Counted from the first letter of the stretch, positions 1-10,616 are shown. The stretch is DNA of 64,000 bases from a virus (IMGVR_UViG_3300012667_001143:1-64000); one strand, 5' to 3'. Translations and numbers: made by a program. The notes: a model not told the origin generated them from the letters alone.

Positions 1-4
1 ATTT

Positions 5-3000
5 ATGGCATCATCAGTTCAAATACCAGTAACACAAACAGGTTTAGAAGCAAGCGTTCAAGCTGCATTAAAAAGCGTTGGCAAAAATGCTCAAATTAAT
101 TTGGGTACAAATGCTCGTCAGATCAATGCTTTAGCTCAACCTCTTGGTCGCATCACTGGACAAGCTGATGAATTTACAAAATCCATGGAAGCTGCAAATG
201 CTCGCGTATTTGCTTTCGGTGCTTCTGTTGGTATTATCAACAATATTTCTAAAGCTTTCGGCGCTCTCGTTAAGAATACAATTGCTGTAGAAAAATCTCT
301 TGTAGAAATTAATTCTGTTTTAGGAAAAAGCTCTTCTGAATTAGATAAGTTTGGATCTGATCTTTTTAAGATAGCTAAAAATACAGGACAATCTTTTGAA
401 GCTGTTTCTAAAGGAGCTTTAGAACTGGCTCGTCAGGGTCTTAAACCAGCAGAAACTCTTGAAAGACTCAATGACGCACTCATTCTAACTAGATTATCTG
501 GATTAGGTGCTGAAAAATCTGTAGAAGGTTTAACCGCAGCAGTAAACTCATTTAAAAGCACTGGTATCACTACTTCAGAAGTATTAAACAAGCTCGTCAA
601 TGTTTCTCAAAAATACGCCGTTTCCGAAAAGGATTTGATCGAAGGTTTAAAAAGATCTTCTTCTGTAGCTAAACAAGCTGGTGTTTCATTCGATGAACTT
701 GTTGGTGTTATAACAGCAGTCCAAGAAAAATCCGCTGTCGGTGGTGCAGTTATTGGTACATCGTTTAAAACCATTTTCTCTAGATTACAAAAAAGAGACA
801 CGCTGGATGCTCTGCAACAGTTGGGTGTAGAAGTCACTGATGTTCAAGGAAAAATATTACCAGCAACAAGACTCTTAGAAAATTTAGCTGTAAAAATCAA
901 AAGCCTTGATCAGATACAAATAGCGCAGATCACTGAAAAAGTTGGTGGTGGATATCAAATTGATAAATTGATTTCTGCATTGGACGATATGGGATCTAAA
1001 GGCTCTATTGCTTTTGACGCTACAAAAATTTCTGCCGAATCTGCAAATCAAGCTTATGCTAAAAATGCAGCGCTCAATAAAACACTCGCAAATTTAATCA
1101 ATCAAACTACATTAAGCGCTCAAGAACTTGGAGCGACACTTGGTAAGCTTGGAATCACTGATAGCGCCAAAAATCTACTTGGTTTCTTTAATAATCTTTT
1201 GGAAAGTATTCAAAAAATTCTTGGCGAAGAAAGTGCGCTTGGTGATGTTTTCAGAGGTCTTGCAAAAGGCATCGGTAACTTAGTTACAGGTCCAGGTTTA
1301 GCATTGTTTGGTGCTATTATTCTTAAACTGTCTAAGGATCTTGCTCAATTTGGTTTTGCAAGCTTGAAAAGTTTCTTTGGAATTGGTAAAGCAGCGAAAG
1401 AAGTTGAGACTCTTGAAAAATCTATTAATCAAGCTCTTACTTCTAATGTCAGATTACAACAGCAACTGTTCAACTTAGAGGGAAATAGAGCGGCACAGAT
1501 TCAGTTAATGGCACAAGCTGTCGTTCAGCAAGAAACTGCAATGAGAAGAATGGCTTCGATTTCAAGCTCATTGACTGGCCCTCTTTATCAAGCTGGTATA
1601 AGAGGAACAAGCGCTGGATTAAGAACCTCTCCTCCTAGAGCTGCTGGTGGATATATGCCAGCAGTTGCAAAAGAAAGCTCTGACATCAATCGCGGGGTTG
1701 GTGGAGCTAAATCTGGAGATCGTCCTGTTGTTATTCCTAATTTTAATTTTGGTGGTGGTAGAAAAGGTTCGATGGTTGCTCATACTGGTGAATATGCCGT
1801 TCCTAACTTTGCTGGAAGTGGTGGTACTGCAATTTTCAACAGAGACATGGTTCGTTCTATGGGCTTGCCATCTGGAGCCAAGAAGATCAATGCTGCTGGT
1901 GGATTGATTCCTAATTTTGCAAAGGTTTCCGACGTAACAAGATATTTTGCTTCTACTTTAGCTTCTCAAGTTAATAAGTCTCAATCTTCAGATGGGAGGT
2001 TATCTCCAGATGATTCCGTTAATTTAATTGGTAATAGATATAAAAAATTATATGTTCCTATTGGGAAAGGAGAGTCAAAAAAAGCTTATGAAGACAGAAT
2101 TATCAAACATTTTGGATACAGCACAGCAGGAATGGCTCGCGACGACCAATCAGCAGTAGATGGATATAAAAGCCCAACTTCTTTGTTGGAAGTTAAGGGT
2201 GGAAAATTCGACAAAAGCGATACAAAAATAAAATTTTTAAGAGCGAATATAGAAAATTACAATAAAAATAATCCTTTAGATTCTGTCTGGACTAAAAATA
2301 AAGACAATGTTAAAGTAGATGGTTTACTGGTTCATAGTAACAAAAAAGATGCAGAAAATTCATCAATACCAAACATATTTATTAAAGATCTAATCCAATC
2401 TGATAAATATAGAGCGAATAAACAACAAAAATCTAGAAAACTAGATAATACTGGAAAGTATATACAAAACCTAGCTTCTGGTTTCATCCCTAATTTCGCA
2501 GCTAGACCTAACGCCTCGGCTGATACTATACGCGCCGCCATCGACGAAGGAATTGAGGGATATAGAAGGCCAGGTCTAAATGAATACGGTCAGCCATTTA
2601 AAACTTACTGGTTTCCTGATGGAAGTCAAGCATCGCAAGGTCAAGTTGAAAAAGCTTTAAAACACAATCCATCTGTTGCGAGTGCTAAAAAGAAAGAAGA
2701 TGCGACAAAAAGACAAAAAAAGATTGATGAAAAAGGAGTCATGGACTTCACTATTGATGCCAATACTCTTGGAGGTATTGCTCTTGTAACCCCAGCTAGA
2801 GGAGGTTCTTCTGGAACGCTTTCTGCGCAAAGTTTGATGCAGAATCTTCCTAAAAAACCAGAAGGGTTTTTAATGGATGATAAGCTCATTATTAATAATA
2901 TTCAAAGCACTGGAGTCCCAACCCAAAAAGACTTTGAACAAATTTCAAGCGAAATCAATAAACGTTTTGCTGGTCCAATAGTCGATCTTGCTCAAAGCTT

Positions 3001-6000
3001 ATATGGAAAATTATATTCTGGAGCGAGTGGATCAGAGTTTGCGTCTCAGTTAGGACAGTTAAGATCAACATCAAAAGGTGGTATCTTGCCTCCAGGTGCT
3101 GAAGGTCAAATTTTTGAAGCTGCTGGTAAAGCGGCTTTGACAAGCATGAATCAAATAGCTTCTGCATTTGATCCTAGTAAGGAAAACAGACCATTTGACT
3201 TCACAAATGCAGCATCAATGAAAGAGATGTTGGGAGTAAAAGCTGTTAGAGGCGATGCTAAAAGAGCTGGAGGTTCGAATCGCCAATTCCAAGAAACAGT
3301 CAATGGATTAATTAAAAAATCAATTAACGATGAATCATTAAGACCTAAAATCTTTAGCCAAATCAAACAGCAAGCCAGTGGAAGAAAGCTTGCTGAAAAT
3401 GCTGCTGGAGGATACGTTCCAAACTTTGCTGATCCACTCAAAGAGGCTATAGGTCGTGAAATAGCTGCTGGTGTGCCAGCATCTCAAATCTACATCGACA
3501 AAAATCAGTCGCTGAAGAGCGCTGCAAACCCAATGGGGTTGATGGTTGCAAATCGTCGTGATGAACCTGCTGGTGGTCATCAAGGTATCAGCAGAGCAAT
3601 CAGAGAAGGTCGCGATCCAAAGACGTACGGTGCTGCGCGTGGATTCATGCCAAATTATGCTCCTCAAATTGGAGAAGTAGTAAGGGCAGATGTTGGAAAA
3701 ACACGAATTAGTGATATAGCAATAAATGATTTCAACAGTGCTTTAAAACAAATTTCAGATCAATTAAGAAAAGGATCGATGTCATTCGCTGATGTTGATG
3801 CTGAAATTAGAAAATTAGCAGTAGCTTCTGGAGCATCTAAGGGAGCGCAGCAAAAATTACGTACTGTTGGCGAATCTCTAGTAAGTGCATATAACAATGA
3901 ACTTATCGCTAGAAATGAAAAAGCAAAAGAACTCAAGCAACAAAGAGCAAATGATAGAATCAAAGAAGCTCCGTCAAAAGGAGGATCAGATATGCTTGGA
4001 ACTATTTTTGCAGTTCAGGGTGCCATGACCGCTTTAACAGGAGCAACAGAAGGAGCGACTAATGGATTTGCAAAATTCACAAATAGTTTTGCATCTTCTT
4101 TAGGAACAATAGCAACTACCGTTTTTGCAGTTCAAGGCATATCACAAGCTATTGGAAAAGAGGGAACTAAATTGGGAGCTGCAATAAAGGGAGTCGGAAC
4201 TGGATTGATTGGATTGACGGTTGCTCTTCAAGGTGTTTCTTTATTTTATTCGACACTAAAAAATATACGCAACGATTATCAAAAATCTAGCGAAGCATTA
4301 GCGGTATTTAATGATACAGCTCTTAAATTTGCAGATTATTTAGAAAATTCAGAAATTTTTAAAACTCAATCAACCAACACAGCCAAAAATATAACTAAAG
4401 ATGCTGAATATGAATTTTATAAGTCTAAGGGATTTAATGTTACAGGAGCTGCTTTGGATAAGCTTTCTGGCGATCAATTATCTGGTCGCGATGATGTATT
4501 GCAATATGTAGATAGAATTAGAAAAAGTGGCTTAATGTCAGATGAAGAATTAAAAGCAGCAATAACAAATATTAAAGAAGTTTCTGGCAATAATGCAGAA
4601 TTAGCCTCTGCAAAATTAGCTGAAATTGCCGCTAATTTAACTGAACAATCAAACTTCATTTTTAAAGATACTGAAAACTTCTTCAAAAAAGAAAGAACAC
4701 CGCAGGAAAGAGAAGATTTTACTAAAAAATATGAAAGAGCTGGAATTTCACAAAAAACAATAACTGGATACGTTGAAGCTTTCGAGAGAAAACGTAATGA
4801 ACAAGCAGAAGATAAACTTAGAATAGAAAGTGAAACGGTAGAGCAAATCAATATCTCTATTGCGCAAGATAAATTAAGAAATTCTATTGCAGAGGCAATT
4901 GCTAACTCAAGACGTTTTGAAAATGATTTATTAAATCAATCCCTATTGAGAGCCAGAGAATTGGGAAATCTTGATGAAAAAGGTTTGCGCGAACTAGAAG
5001 ATAAAATTGCATTACGCGACATTGATAGAAAACTAGAAGACGAAGCCGTTTCTTTAATTCAATCCCAAATTGATAAAGCCAAAGATATTGTAGCAAAAAA
5101 AGAAGAAGCTGTAAAACTGGAAGAAAAATTAAACAGCTTAACACCAGAACAACTGAGAAATAGCCAAGATGTTTTAAATATACTAAATGAAACAAATCAA
5201 CTATTATCTCAGGGGGCTAATTTATCGAATGCGGAGATTGATGCTGCTAAGGATAAATTAGCGAATTTATTAAAAAATTATGATTTGGATAAAAAATCTC
5301 TAATAGCAAATCAAGCGACAACGGAAGAGTACAAAGAACAAAATCGCCAACTTAATCTAATCAGTCAAGCTTCAAGAAGGGTATTAGAGGCACAGTCTTT
5401 TAGCAGAGAAATCGGAACAACAAGATCTGTCAATGCTAATGATTTGCGAGTTAGCGCACTCGAATCTTCTAAACTTGGTGCGTCTGATTCTCAAATTAGG
5501 CAGATTGATAAACAAATAGCCGCAATTAACGCCAATACAGTAGCTTTAGAGCAATCTCTTGCAAGAGAAAAAATATTTGACGACATGAAAAAAGAGTTGT
5601 CGGAAAATAATAAAATTACTGACGAAAATACTAAGGTACAGGTAGATAATCAAATAAAAGAAGCCAAAACAATAGATCAACTAGAAGGCTTAGCTTCTCT
5701 TATATTTATGTCAAGAGGAGGAATAGATCAAGCGTCTAATATAAGCGCAATGAATGATTTTTTTCAAAAATACCGACAGGATTTAGAGAGACAAGGCGAA
5801 GCTGACAAGCAAGCTAATGCAAAAGCCTCTGCCGATCTTCTTAATACGGGAAGAATATCTCCAGTTGTTAGTGCATTAGAAATGTTTAGGCGCTCTCTAC
5901 TTGAGACTTCTCAAATTATTGATCAAAAAATTCAAGATTTGGAATTAGAAAAATTAACCTCCATATCTGGAAGGAGAAACGCCGAAATTGCTTACGAAAT

Positions 6001-7651
6001 AGAAACTCTTAATCAGCAAAAAGGGCAAAGCCCAGAAGAGGCCGCAAGAATCGCAAGAGATAGACAAAACAAACCTTTAACTCAATTATTAAGCGAAGCT
6101 TTTTCTACCACAGAACAAGAAAGATCTATGAATTTGAAAAATTCAATTGTAGACGCTTCTGTTCAGTTTAAAAACAACATGATTGATGGTATCTCTGAAG
6201 CCATTGAAGGTGGAAAATCTCTTGGAGATGTTCTTCAAAGTTCTGCTTATGAATTCGTCAAAGCTATCAACAAACAATTAATGAGCAACGCTGTTGATAG
6301 TCTTGTTGGAGCTGGCAAGCAAGCTTCATCAGGTGGGTCTGGCTTCTTGGGCAATATAATGTCTTCTATTGGTTTTGCTTCTGGAGGAATGATTTCTGGA
6401 GGATCAGGAACAAAAGACGATGTTCCAGCGATGCTTATGGGTGGCGAATACGTCATCAATAAAAAGTCTGTTCAGAAATATGGCCCACAATTCTTAGAAG
6501 CATTGAACAAGGGAACAATTGGCGGATATGCTAAAGGCGGAAGAGTTCAAAGTGGAAAAGGAGGATTCTTTACTCCAGGAACTTATGGATTAGGTGGTAT
6601 TGAAGGAACAGGTAATTTATTAAAGTTTGCAACTCAAGCTTATACTTCTGGAAGTAGAGATTCAATCATAAATGCTGGCAATTATGCATCGATTGCTTTA
6701 GAGCCAGAAAGTGTTAGATTGACCAATTTCGGAAGAATGAATAGTCCTCAAGCAGCAGCCACAAGAGCTGCAAAAGAACAAGCTTTTGGTCTTTATTCTC
6801 AAGAAATGCAAGCTCAAGCAGAAGCAAAAAAACAAGCAGAAGCTGAAAAAGATGCATTCAAGAAACAGTTGATTATGCTTGGTATCAGCGTTGTTGGTGG
6901 AGCTGTTATGAAAGCTGGATCTGCTGGATTCAGCAATGCTATTAGATCAGGAGGAAGTTTAACAGAAGCGTTCAAAGGAGTTTGGAGCGGCAGTGGAGAC
7001 TTTGGAGGATTAAAGAATCTATTCAGCGGTAATTTCGCAGAATCTCAAGTTGGAAGCAATAAAGAATTAGCGGAGTATATCTTTAATAACTCCGATCTTG
7101 ATGCGAGGGAAGCATTGGAATACGCTTCTCAATTAACTGGAGAGCCGCTTGAATACAAAACACCATCATCAAGTTTCAATCCAGTGGGAACTGGACCATT
7201 CGATGCCCAAGGAAATTATATCGAAGCATGGGCCGATGATCCTTCTAAATGGAGAAAACAAGCTACTGGTGGAACAATTCCATCTATGGGTGGAGTCGAT
7301 ACAATTCCAGCAATGCTTTCTGGTGGCGAATTCATCATGAATCGCTCTGCTGCCCAAAACATCGGAGCTGGTAATCTTCAAGCTCTCAATGCGGGCGCAG
7401 GAAGCATCGTTACAGAAGAGAAGACTGAAGAGTTGAACGACAAGCTTATAGCTAAGCTCGACGAGCTTATCGAGGCTTCTGGAGGATCTGGTGGAATAAC
7501 CATCAACGTCGAAGGATCAACTGGCACAGCATCAGAAGAAAAAAGCGGCAATCCATCAGACCAAAAGCAACAGCTCGCTCGCCAAATCAGAGACGCTGTT
7601 CTCAAAGTTATTCAAGAAGAAAAGAGATTGGGAGGCTCATTGAGAAGATAA
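5..7651 (+). CDS. Phage tail tape measure protein (TP901-family N-terminal domain) with internal repeat-delimited modules
   Basis: 2548 aa. N-terminal Ala/Gly-rich helical TMP pattern (FKIAKNTGQSF..ELARQG..ALILTRLSGL), hydrophobic segments, long coiled coil, and the C-terminal TMP motif GG..D.(V/I)PAML.GGE twice. Followed by tail genes. Confidence 0.9.
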   Translation: MASSVQIPVTQTGLEASVQAALKSVGKNAQINLGTNARQINALAQPLGRITGQADEFTKSMEAANARVFAFGASVGIINNISKAFGALVKNTIAVEKSLVEINSVLGKSSSELDKFGSDLFKIAKNTGQSFEAVSKGALELARQGLKPAETLERLNDALILTRLSGLGAEKSVEGLTAAVNSFKSTGITTSEVLNKLVNVSQKYAVSEKDLIEGLKRSSSVAKQAGVSFDELVGVITAVQEKSAVGGAVIGTSFKTIFSRLQKRDTLDALQQLGVEVTDVQGKILPATRLLENLAVKIKSLDQIQIAQITEKVGGGYQIDKLISALDDMGSKGSIAFDATKISAESANQAYAKNAALNKTLANLINQTTLSAQELGATLGKLGITDSAKNLLGFFNNLLESIQKILGEESALGDVFRGLAKGIGNLVTGPGLALFGAIILKLSKDLAQFGFASLKSFFGIGKAAKEVETLEKSINQALTSNVRLQQQLFNLEGNRAAQIQLMAQAVVQQETAMRRMASISSSLTGPLYQAGIRGTSAGLRTSPPRAAGGYMPAVAKESSDINRGVGGAKSGDRPVVIPNFNFGGGRKGSMVAHTGEYAVPNFAGSGGTAIFNRDMVRSMGLPSGAKKINAAGGLIPNFAKVSDVTRYFASTLASQVNKSQSSDGRLSPDDSVNLIGNRYKKLYVPIGKGESKKAYEDRIIKHFGYSTAGMARDDQSAVDGYKSPTSLLEVKGGKFDKSDTKIKFLRANIENYNKNNPLDSVWTKNKDNVKVDGLLVHSNKKDAENSSIPNIFIKDLIQSDKYRANKQQKSRKLDNTGKYIQNLASGFIPNFAARPNASADTIRAAIDEGIEGYRRPGLNEYGQPFKTYWFPDGSQASQGQVEKALKHNPSVASAKKKEDATKRQKKIDEKGVMDFTIDANTLGGIALVTPARGGSSGTLSAQSLMQNLPKKPEGFLMDDKLIINNIQSTGVPTQKDFEQISSEINKRFAGPIVDLAQSLYGKLYSGASGSEFASQLGQLRSTSKGGILPPGAEGQIFEAAGKAALTSMNQIASAFDPSKENRPFDFTNAASMKEMLGVKAVRGDAKRAGGSNRQFQETVNGLIKKSINDESLRPKIFSQIKQQASGRKLAENAAGGYVPNFADPLKEAIGREIAAGVPASQIYIDKNQSLKSAANPMGLMVANRRDEPAGGHQGISRAIREGRDPKTYGAARGFMPNYAPQIGEVVRADVGKTRISDIAINDFNSALKQISDQLRKGSMSFADVDAEIRKLAVASGASKGAQQKLRTVGESLVSAYNNELIARNEKAKELKQQRANDRIKEAPSKGGSDMLGTIFAVQGAMTALTGATEGATNGFAKFTNSFASSLGTIATTVFAVQGISQAIGKEGTKLGAAIKGVGTGLIGLTVALQGVSLFYSTLKNIRNDYQKSSEALAVFNDTALKFADYLENSEIFKTQSTNTAKNITKDAEYEFYKSKGFNVTGAALDKLSGDQLSGRDDVLQYVDRIRKSGLMSDEELKAAITNIKEVSGNNAELASAKLAEIAANLTEQSNFIFKDTENFFKKERTPQEREDFTKKYERAGISQKTITGYVEAFERKRNEQAEDKLRIESETVEQINISIAQDKLRNSIAEAIANSRRFENDLLNQSLLRARELGNLDEKGLRELEDKIALRDIDRKLEDEAVSLIQSQIDKAKDIVAKKEEAVKLEEKLNSLTPEQLRNSQDVLNILNETNQLLSQGANLSNAEIDAAKDKLANLLKNYDLDKKSLIANQATTEEYKEQNRQLNLISQASRRVLEAQSFSREIGTTRSVNANDLRVSALESSKLGASDSQIRQIDKQIAAINANTVALEQSLAREKIFDDMKKELSENNKITDENTKVQVDNQIKEAKTIDQLEGLASLIFMSRGGIDQASNISAMNDFFQKYRQDLERQGEADKQANAKASADLLNTGRISPVVSALEMFRRSLLETSQIIDQKIQDLELEKLTSISGRRNAEIAYEIETLNQQKGQSPEEAARIARDRQNKPLTQLLSEAFSTTEQERSMNLKNSIVDASVQFKNNMIDGISEAIEGGKSLGDVLQSSAYEFVKAINKQLMSNAVDSLVGAGKQASSGGSGFLGNIMSSIGFASGGMISGGSGTKDDVPAMLMGGEYVINKKSVQKYGPQFLEALNKGTIGGYAKGGRVQSGKGGFFTPGTYGLGGIEGTGNLLKFATQAYTSGSRDSIINAGNYASIALEPESVRLTNFGRMNSPQAAATRAAKEQAFGLYSQEMQAQAEAKKQAEAEKDAFKKQLIMLGISVVGGAVMKAGSAGFSNAIRSGGSLTEAFKGVWSGSGDFGGLKNLFSGNFAESQVGSNKELAEYIFNNSDLDAREALEYASQLTGEPLEYKTPSSSFNPVGTGPFDAQGNYIEAWADDPSKWRKQATGGTIPSMGGVDTIPAMLSGGEFIMNRSAAQNIGAGNLQALNAGAGSIVTEEKTEELNDKLIAKLDELIEASGGSGGITINVEGSTGTASEEKSGNPSDQKQQLARQIRDAVLKVIQEEKRLGGSLRR
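1640..3661 (+). repeat. Five copies of peptide motif (A/L)A(G/S/R)G-x-x-PN(F/Y)A within the TMP
   Basis: AAGGYMPAVA 1640 (degenerate), AAGGLIPNFA 1892, LASGFIPNFA 2471, AAGGYVPNFA 3401, AARGFMPNYA 3632. Confidence 0.9.
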
Positions 7652-7652
7652 T

Positions 7653-8444
7653 ATGTTTGAACAAATCTCAAATGACGAAAACCAATTCTATATCTCTGGG
7701 CAACCATTGATTGGTGTTGAGAGCGCAGAAATCTCATACTCTCATTCCTCAAACATATTGAAGCCGCTTGGTTTTGGAATTGGATTTACAGTTGTTTCTG
7801 GACCCCAGCAGCAAACAGTATCGATATCTCAGAATATGATACATTCTGGCGGATTGATTAATTATACTGGTTCAAACAATATAAGCGGCAGTATCAATTA
7901 TAATGGAAATAACTATGGATTTCAAAGCGGTTACTTAACTAATTATTTAGTCAATTGTGCTGTTGGATCTATCCCAAAAATAACAAGCAATGTCACCGTT
8001 TATGATACTATGGTTACTGGCACAAAAAACGCGAGTGGTTCTGTTCCAGTTCCAACTGTTTATGTTCCAACACAAGGATCTATATCTTTAACTTGTGATA
8101 ATAGTACAACAAATAGAGTTGTAGGATTTGATTATTCAATTAAAATAGATAGAAGGCCAATTTATTCAATAGGCTCTATACTTCCAAAAGAAATAGTAAC
8201 AATGCCAGTTATTGAGTATTCTGCCAGTGTTCAGATAGATGTTGACGATGCATTTTTATCAGATAGCACTGGCTTTTTATCAGCGAGGCAAAATAAAGGT
8301 GTATCGTTTACTATAAAATCAAGAGACAACGCGCAAACGCTTCAGACACTAATTATACCAAAAGCTTCTTTAATATCTGAATCTTTATCAAGCTCTGCTG
8401 ACGGAGGAGTGAAGTTAACACTAAACTATATTGGACACTCATGA
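7653..8444 (+). CDS. Virion structural protein, tail tube-like
   Basis: Directly follows the TMP; beta-rich; shares a VGFDYSIKIDRRPIYSIG / LQSFSLDLDLARTDLYGLG motif with 9391..10602. Confidence 0.55.
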   Translation: MFEQISNDENQFYISGQPLIGVESAEISYSHSSNILKPLGFGIGFTVVSGPQQQTVSISQNMIHSGGLINYTGSNNISGSINYNGNNYGFQSGYLTNYLVNCAVGSIPKITSNVTVYDTMVTGTKNASGSVPVPTVYVPTQGSISLTCDNSTTNRVVGFDYSIKIDRRPIYSIGSILPKEIVTMPVIEYSASVQIDVDDAFLSDSTGFLSARQNKGVSFTIKSRDNAQTLQTLIIPKASLISESLSSSADGGVKLTLNYIGHS

Positions 8445-9394
8445 GTACATTTTACGATAGAAGCAATAATATAGATATTGCCAGTGGAGATAGATTAACT
8501 GGTTTAACTTATAATCCTGTTTATGGATCTAGAGTTAGCTTTTCGTCTAAAGCCAACACGTATGAAACACAAAACGGATATTATAATTTAATACCTTTAT
8601 CTATCAACAGCTTAGATGCAAAGTTTGATCTTAGATTTGATTTGAATGAATCTGGAGCGCAAAAGTTAGTAGATTTTATAGAAAGTAAATCTGGCTGCAA
8701 TCTTTATGGATTTACAGACGCTTCGAATTTCTATAAAACAATCAGTGGTGTCACTGATAATTATGCAGTAAATCACATAAACAAAAACCACTACGAAGTC
8801 GCACTATCTATTGAAGTCAATCAGGCCCCGACTTTATTTAACTGGTCTGGAATGAGTTTTATAAACAGTGGATTAACACATTGGAGCGTTGGACAGCAGT
8901 ATAAAAAATACGACGTTATATACAGTGGCATCAGCAGTAATAAGCTAAACAACTATTACTACTGCTCTGGAGATCACACTTCATCGAGTAGCGCAGTTGA
9001 CGGTCCAACTGGATCTAATTCACAATGGACACAAAAGTTCTTTTTTGAGCCTGATGTTGGCTTGCAGAACGATGTAAATATCAAGGTTGATAAACTGGAA
9101 TTCAAAAATTCATTTACACAAAGAACAAAAACAAAATATCAGAAACACCTTGCGCCAATTAATTTAACATATAAGTTTTCTAACATACCAACTATTGAAG
9201 CTAAATCAATTATGCACTTTTTAGAGAACAAAGGTGGCTATAGAAGATTCCTTCATTCAATTCCTTCTGTTTATAACAGAGACAAAGTTTACTATTCTCC
9301 AAGTTGGACTCACTCATGGAAATACGAAAATTCCCATGATATAGAAGTTACGTTAATCGAAGACCCATTGGGTGTAATACCTACAGGAACATGA
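8441..9394 (+). CDS. Distal tail protein (lambda gpM/Dit-like), two tandem domains with a CBM-like insertion
   Basis: Both halves resemble gpM (AQKLVDFIESKSG; KLEFKNSFTQR..EAKSIMHFLENKGGYRRF). The middle segment WSVGQQYKKYDVIY..YYYC..W is CBM5/12-like. Confidence 0.7.
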   Translation: MSTFYDRSNNIDIASGDRLTGLTYNPVYGSRVSFSSKANTYETQNGYYNLIPLSINSLDAKFDLRFDLNESGAQKLVDFIESKSGCNLYGFTDASNFYKTISGVTDNYAVNHINKNHYEVALSIEVNQAPTLFNWSGMSFINSGLTHWSVGQQYKKYDVIYSGISSNKLNNYYYCSGDHTSSSSAVDGPTGSNSQWTQKFFFEPDVGLQNDVNIKVDKLEFKNSFTQRTKTKYQKHLAPINLTYKFSNIPTIEAKSIMHFLENKGGYRRFLHSIPSVYNRDKVYYSPSWTHSWKYENSHDIEVTLIEDPLGVIPTGT

Positions 9395-10602
9395 ATCGAC
9401 AAATACTAAAAAGCAACTCCGCGTTTGTCGCGATGGGTGATTCTCCAGCTTGGAAAACTGGACAAGAAACAGGTCGTCTTTTTCCATTGGTTCAGAATTG
9501 CAGTTTTTCAATTACAAATGAACGTCAAAAACTAAAGCAGATAGGCAGTCAGTCATATGCCGTAAATGATTTAGTTAGAGCGCCGAATGCTTCTTTGGAT
9601 TTAACTTATTATTTAAATCCTTATTGCAGTAATGAAATACTCGCTGGATTCAACGCTAGTGGAAGCGGATATGCGCCGTGTTTAAGTGGTCTAAAAAATA
9701 GAGACCAAAACATATATATCATAATAGATCCAGAGGATAGTAAAGATGCATTTGATGATTTTAAAAGAGATCCGTCGTCGGTGAATTTTAGCGGAATGCA
9801 AGCTTTGACTTTCGGCAATTGTTTCTTGAATAAGTATTCTGTATCTTTTGAATTAAACAGCGTTCCAACTGTAGATGTTGGATTTGCTGCTTCAAATGTT
9901 AGATTTGAATCTATCACTGGTGGCAGAATATCTATTCCAGCAATCAACAGTGTATCTGGAAACAACACAAACTCTGGTTCATTAAACTTAAGTGGATTAT
10001 ACTCTAGTTTGAGAAGCGGTTATATTTATAACGATCCAAGACTAAAAGACGAATTCAATGCTCCAGCAGCACTTTCTAATTCAAGCAGCTTCGCTTTACA
10101 GAACTTACAAGTCGGGGGTGTTGGATTAAATGCATCAGCTAATCCCATTTTACAAAGTTTCTCTTTGGACTTAGATTTAGCTAGAACAGATCTATATGGA
10201 CTTGGAAGCAATTATGTATATTCTAGAAAGTTAGAAATGCCAGTTAATGGATCTGTTTCTATTTCCTGTTTAGTTTCTGGAATTTCACAAGGAGAATTTC
10301 AATCTATTATAACAAATGAAAGCGGTTATAGTTTTGAAGTATCTTTCTGCGATCAAGATAAAATCGTCACTGGTTTTTATAAAATAGAAAACGCTAAACT
10401 AGAAAGCGTTAATTATAGTATGCAGGTAAATAATACTTTAAACTTCAATGCATCTTTTTCTTTTCAAGCAAATGAAACTGGTGGATTTTTCATGAAGAGA
10501 AGCATTGCTGATCAACCTTCGTGGAATAATATTAGCAATATATGGAGTTCGATAAATCTAAGATGGATTGATAATTTCTCTGGTTATACAGTTGATTTTT
10601 AA
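9391..10602 (+). CDS. Tail tube-like structural protein
   Basis: In the tail operon (ATGA overlap), beta-rich, similar motifs to 7653..8444. Confidence 0.55.
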   Translation: MNRQILKSNSAFVAMGDSPAWKTGQETGRLFPLVQNCSFSITNERQKLKQIGSQSYAVNDLVRAPNASLDLTYYLNPYCSNEILAGFNASGSGYAPCLSGLKNRDQNIYIIIDPEDSKDAFDDFKRDPSSVNFSGMQALTFGNCFLNKYSVSFELNSVPTVDVGFAASNVRFESITGGRISIPAINSVSGNNTNSGSLNLSGLYSSLRSGYIYNDPRLKDEFNAPAALSNSSSFALQNLQVGGVGLNASANPILQSFSLDLDLARTDLYGLGSNYVYSRKLEMPVNGSVSISCLVSGISQGEFQSIITNESGYSFEVSFCDQDKIVTGFYKIENAKLESVNYSMQVNNTLNFNASFSFQANETGGFFMKRSIADQPSWNNISNIWSSINLRWIDNFSGYTVDF

Positions 10603-10608
10603 AAAAAA

Positions 10609-10616
10609 GTGTAAAT
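10609..10616 (+). promoter_or_regulatory. GTGTAAAT putative phage (late) promoter motif
   Basis: 9 nt upstream of ATG 10626; the motif recurs before five other genes. Confidence 0.6.

Noticed and set aside
607-7605. Many short antisense or alternate-frame ORFs inside the TMP and other long genes
   Set aside because: Shadow ORFs expected from codon bias, with no recognisable motifs.
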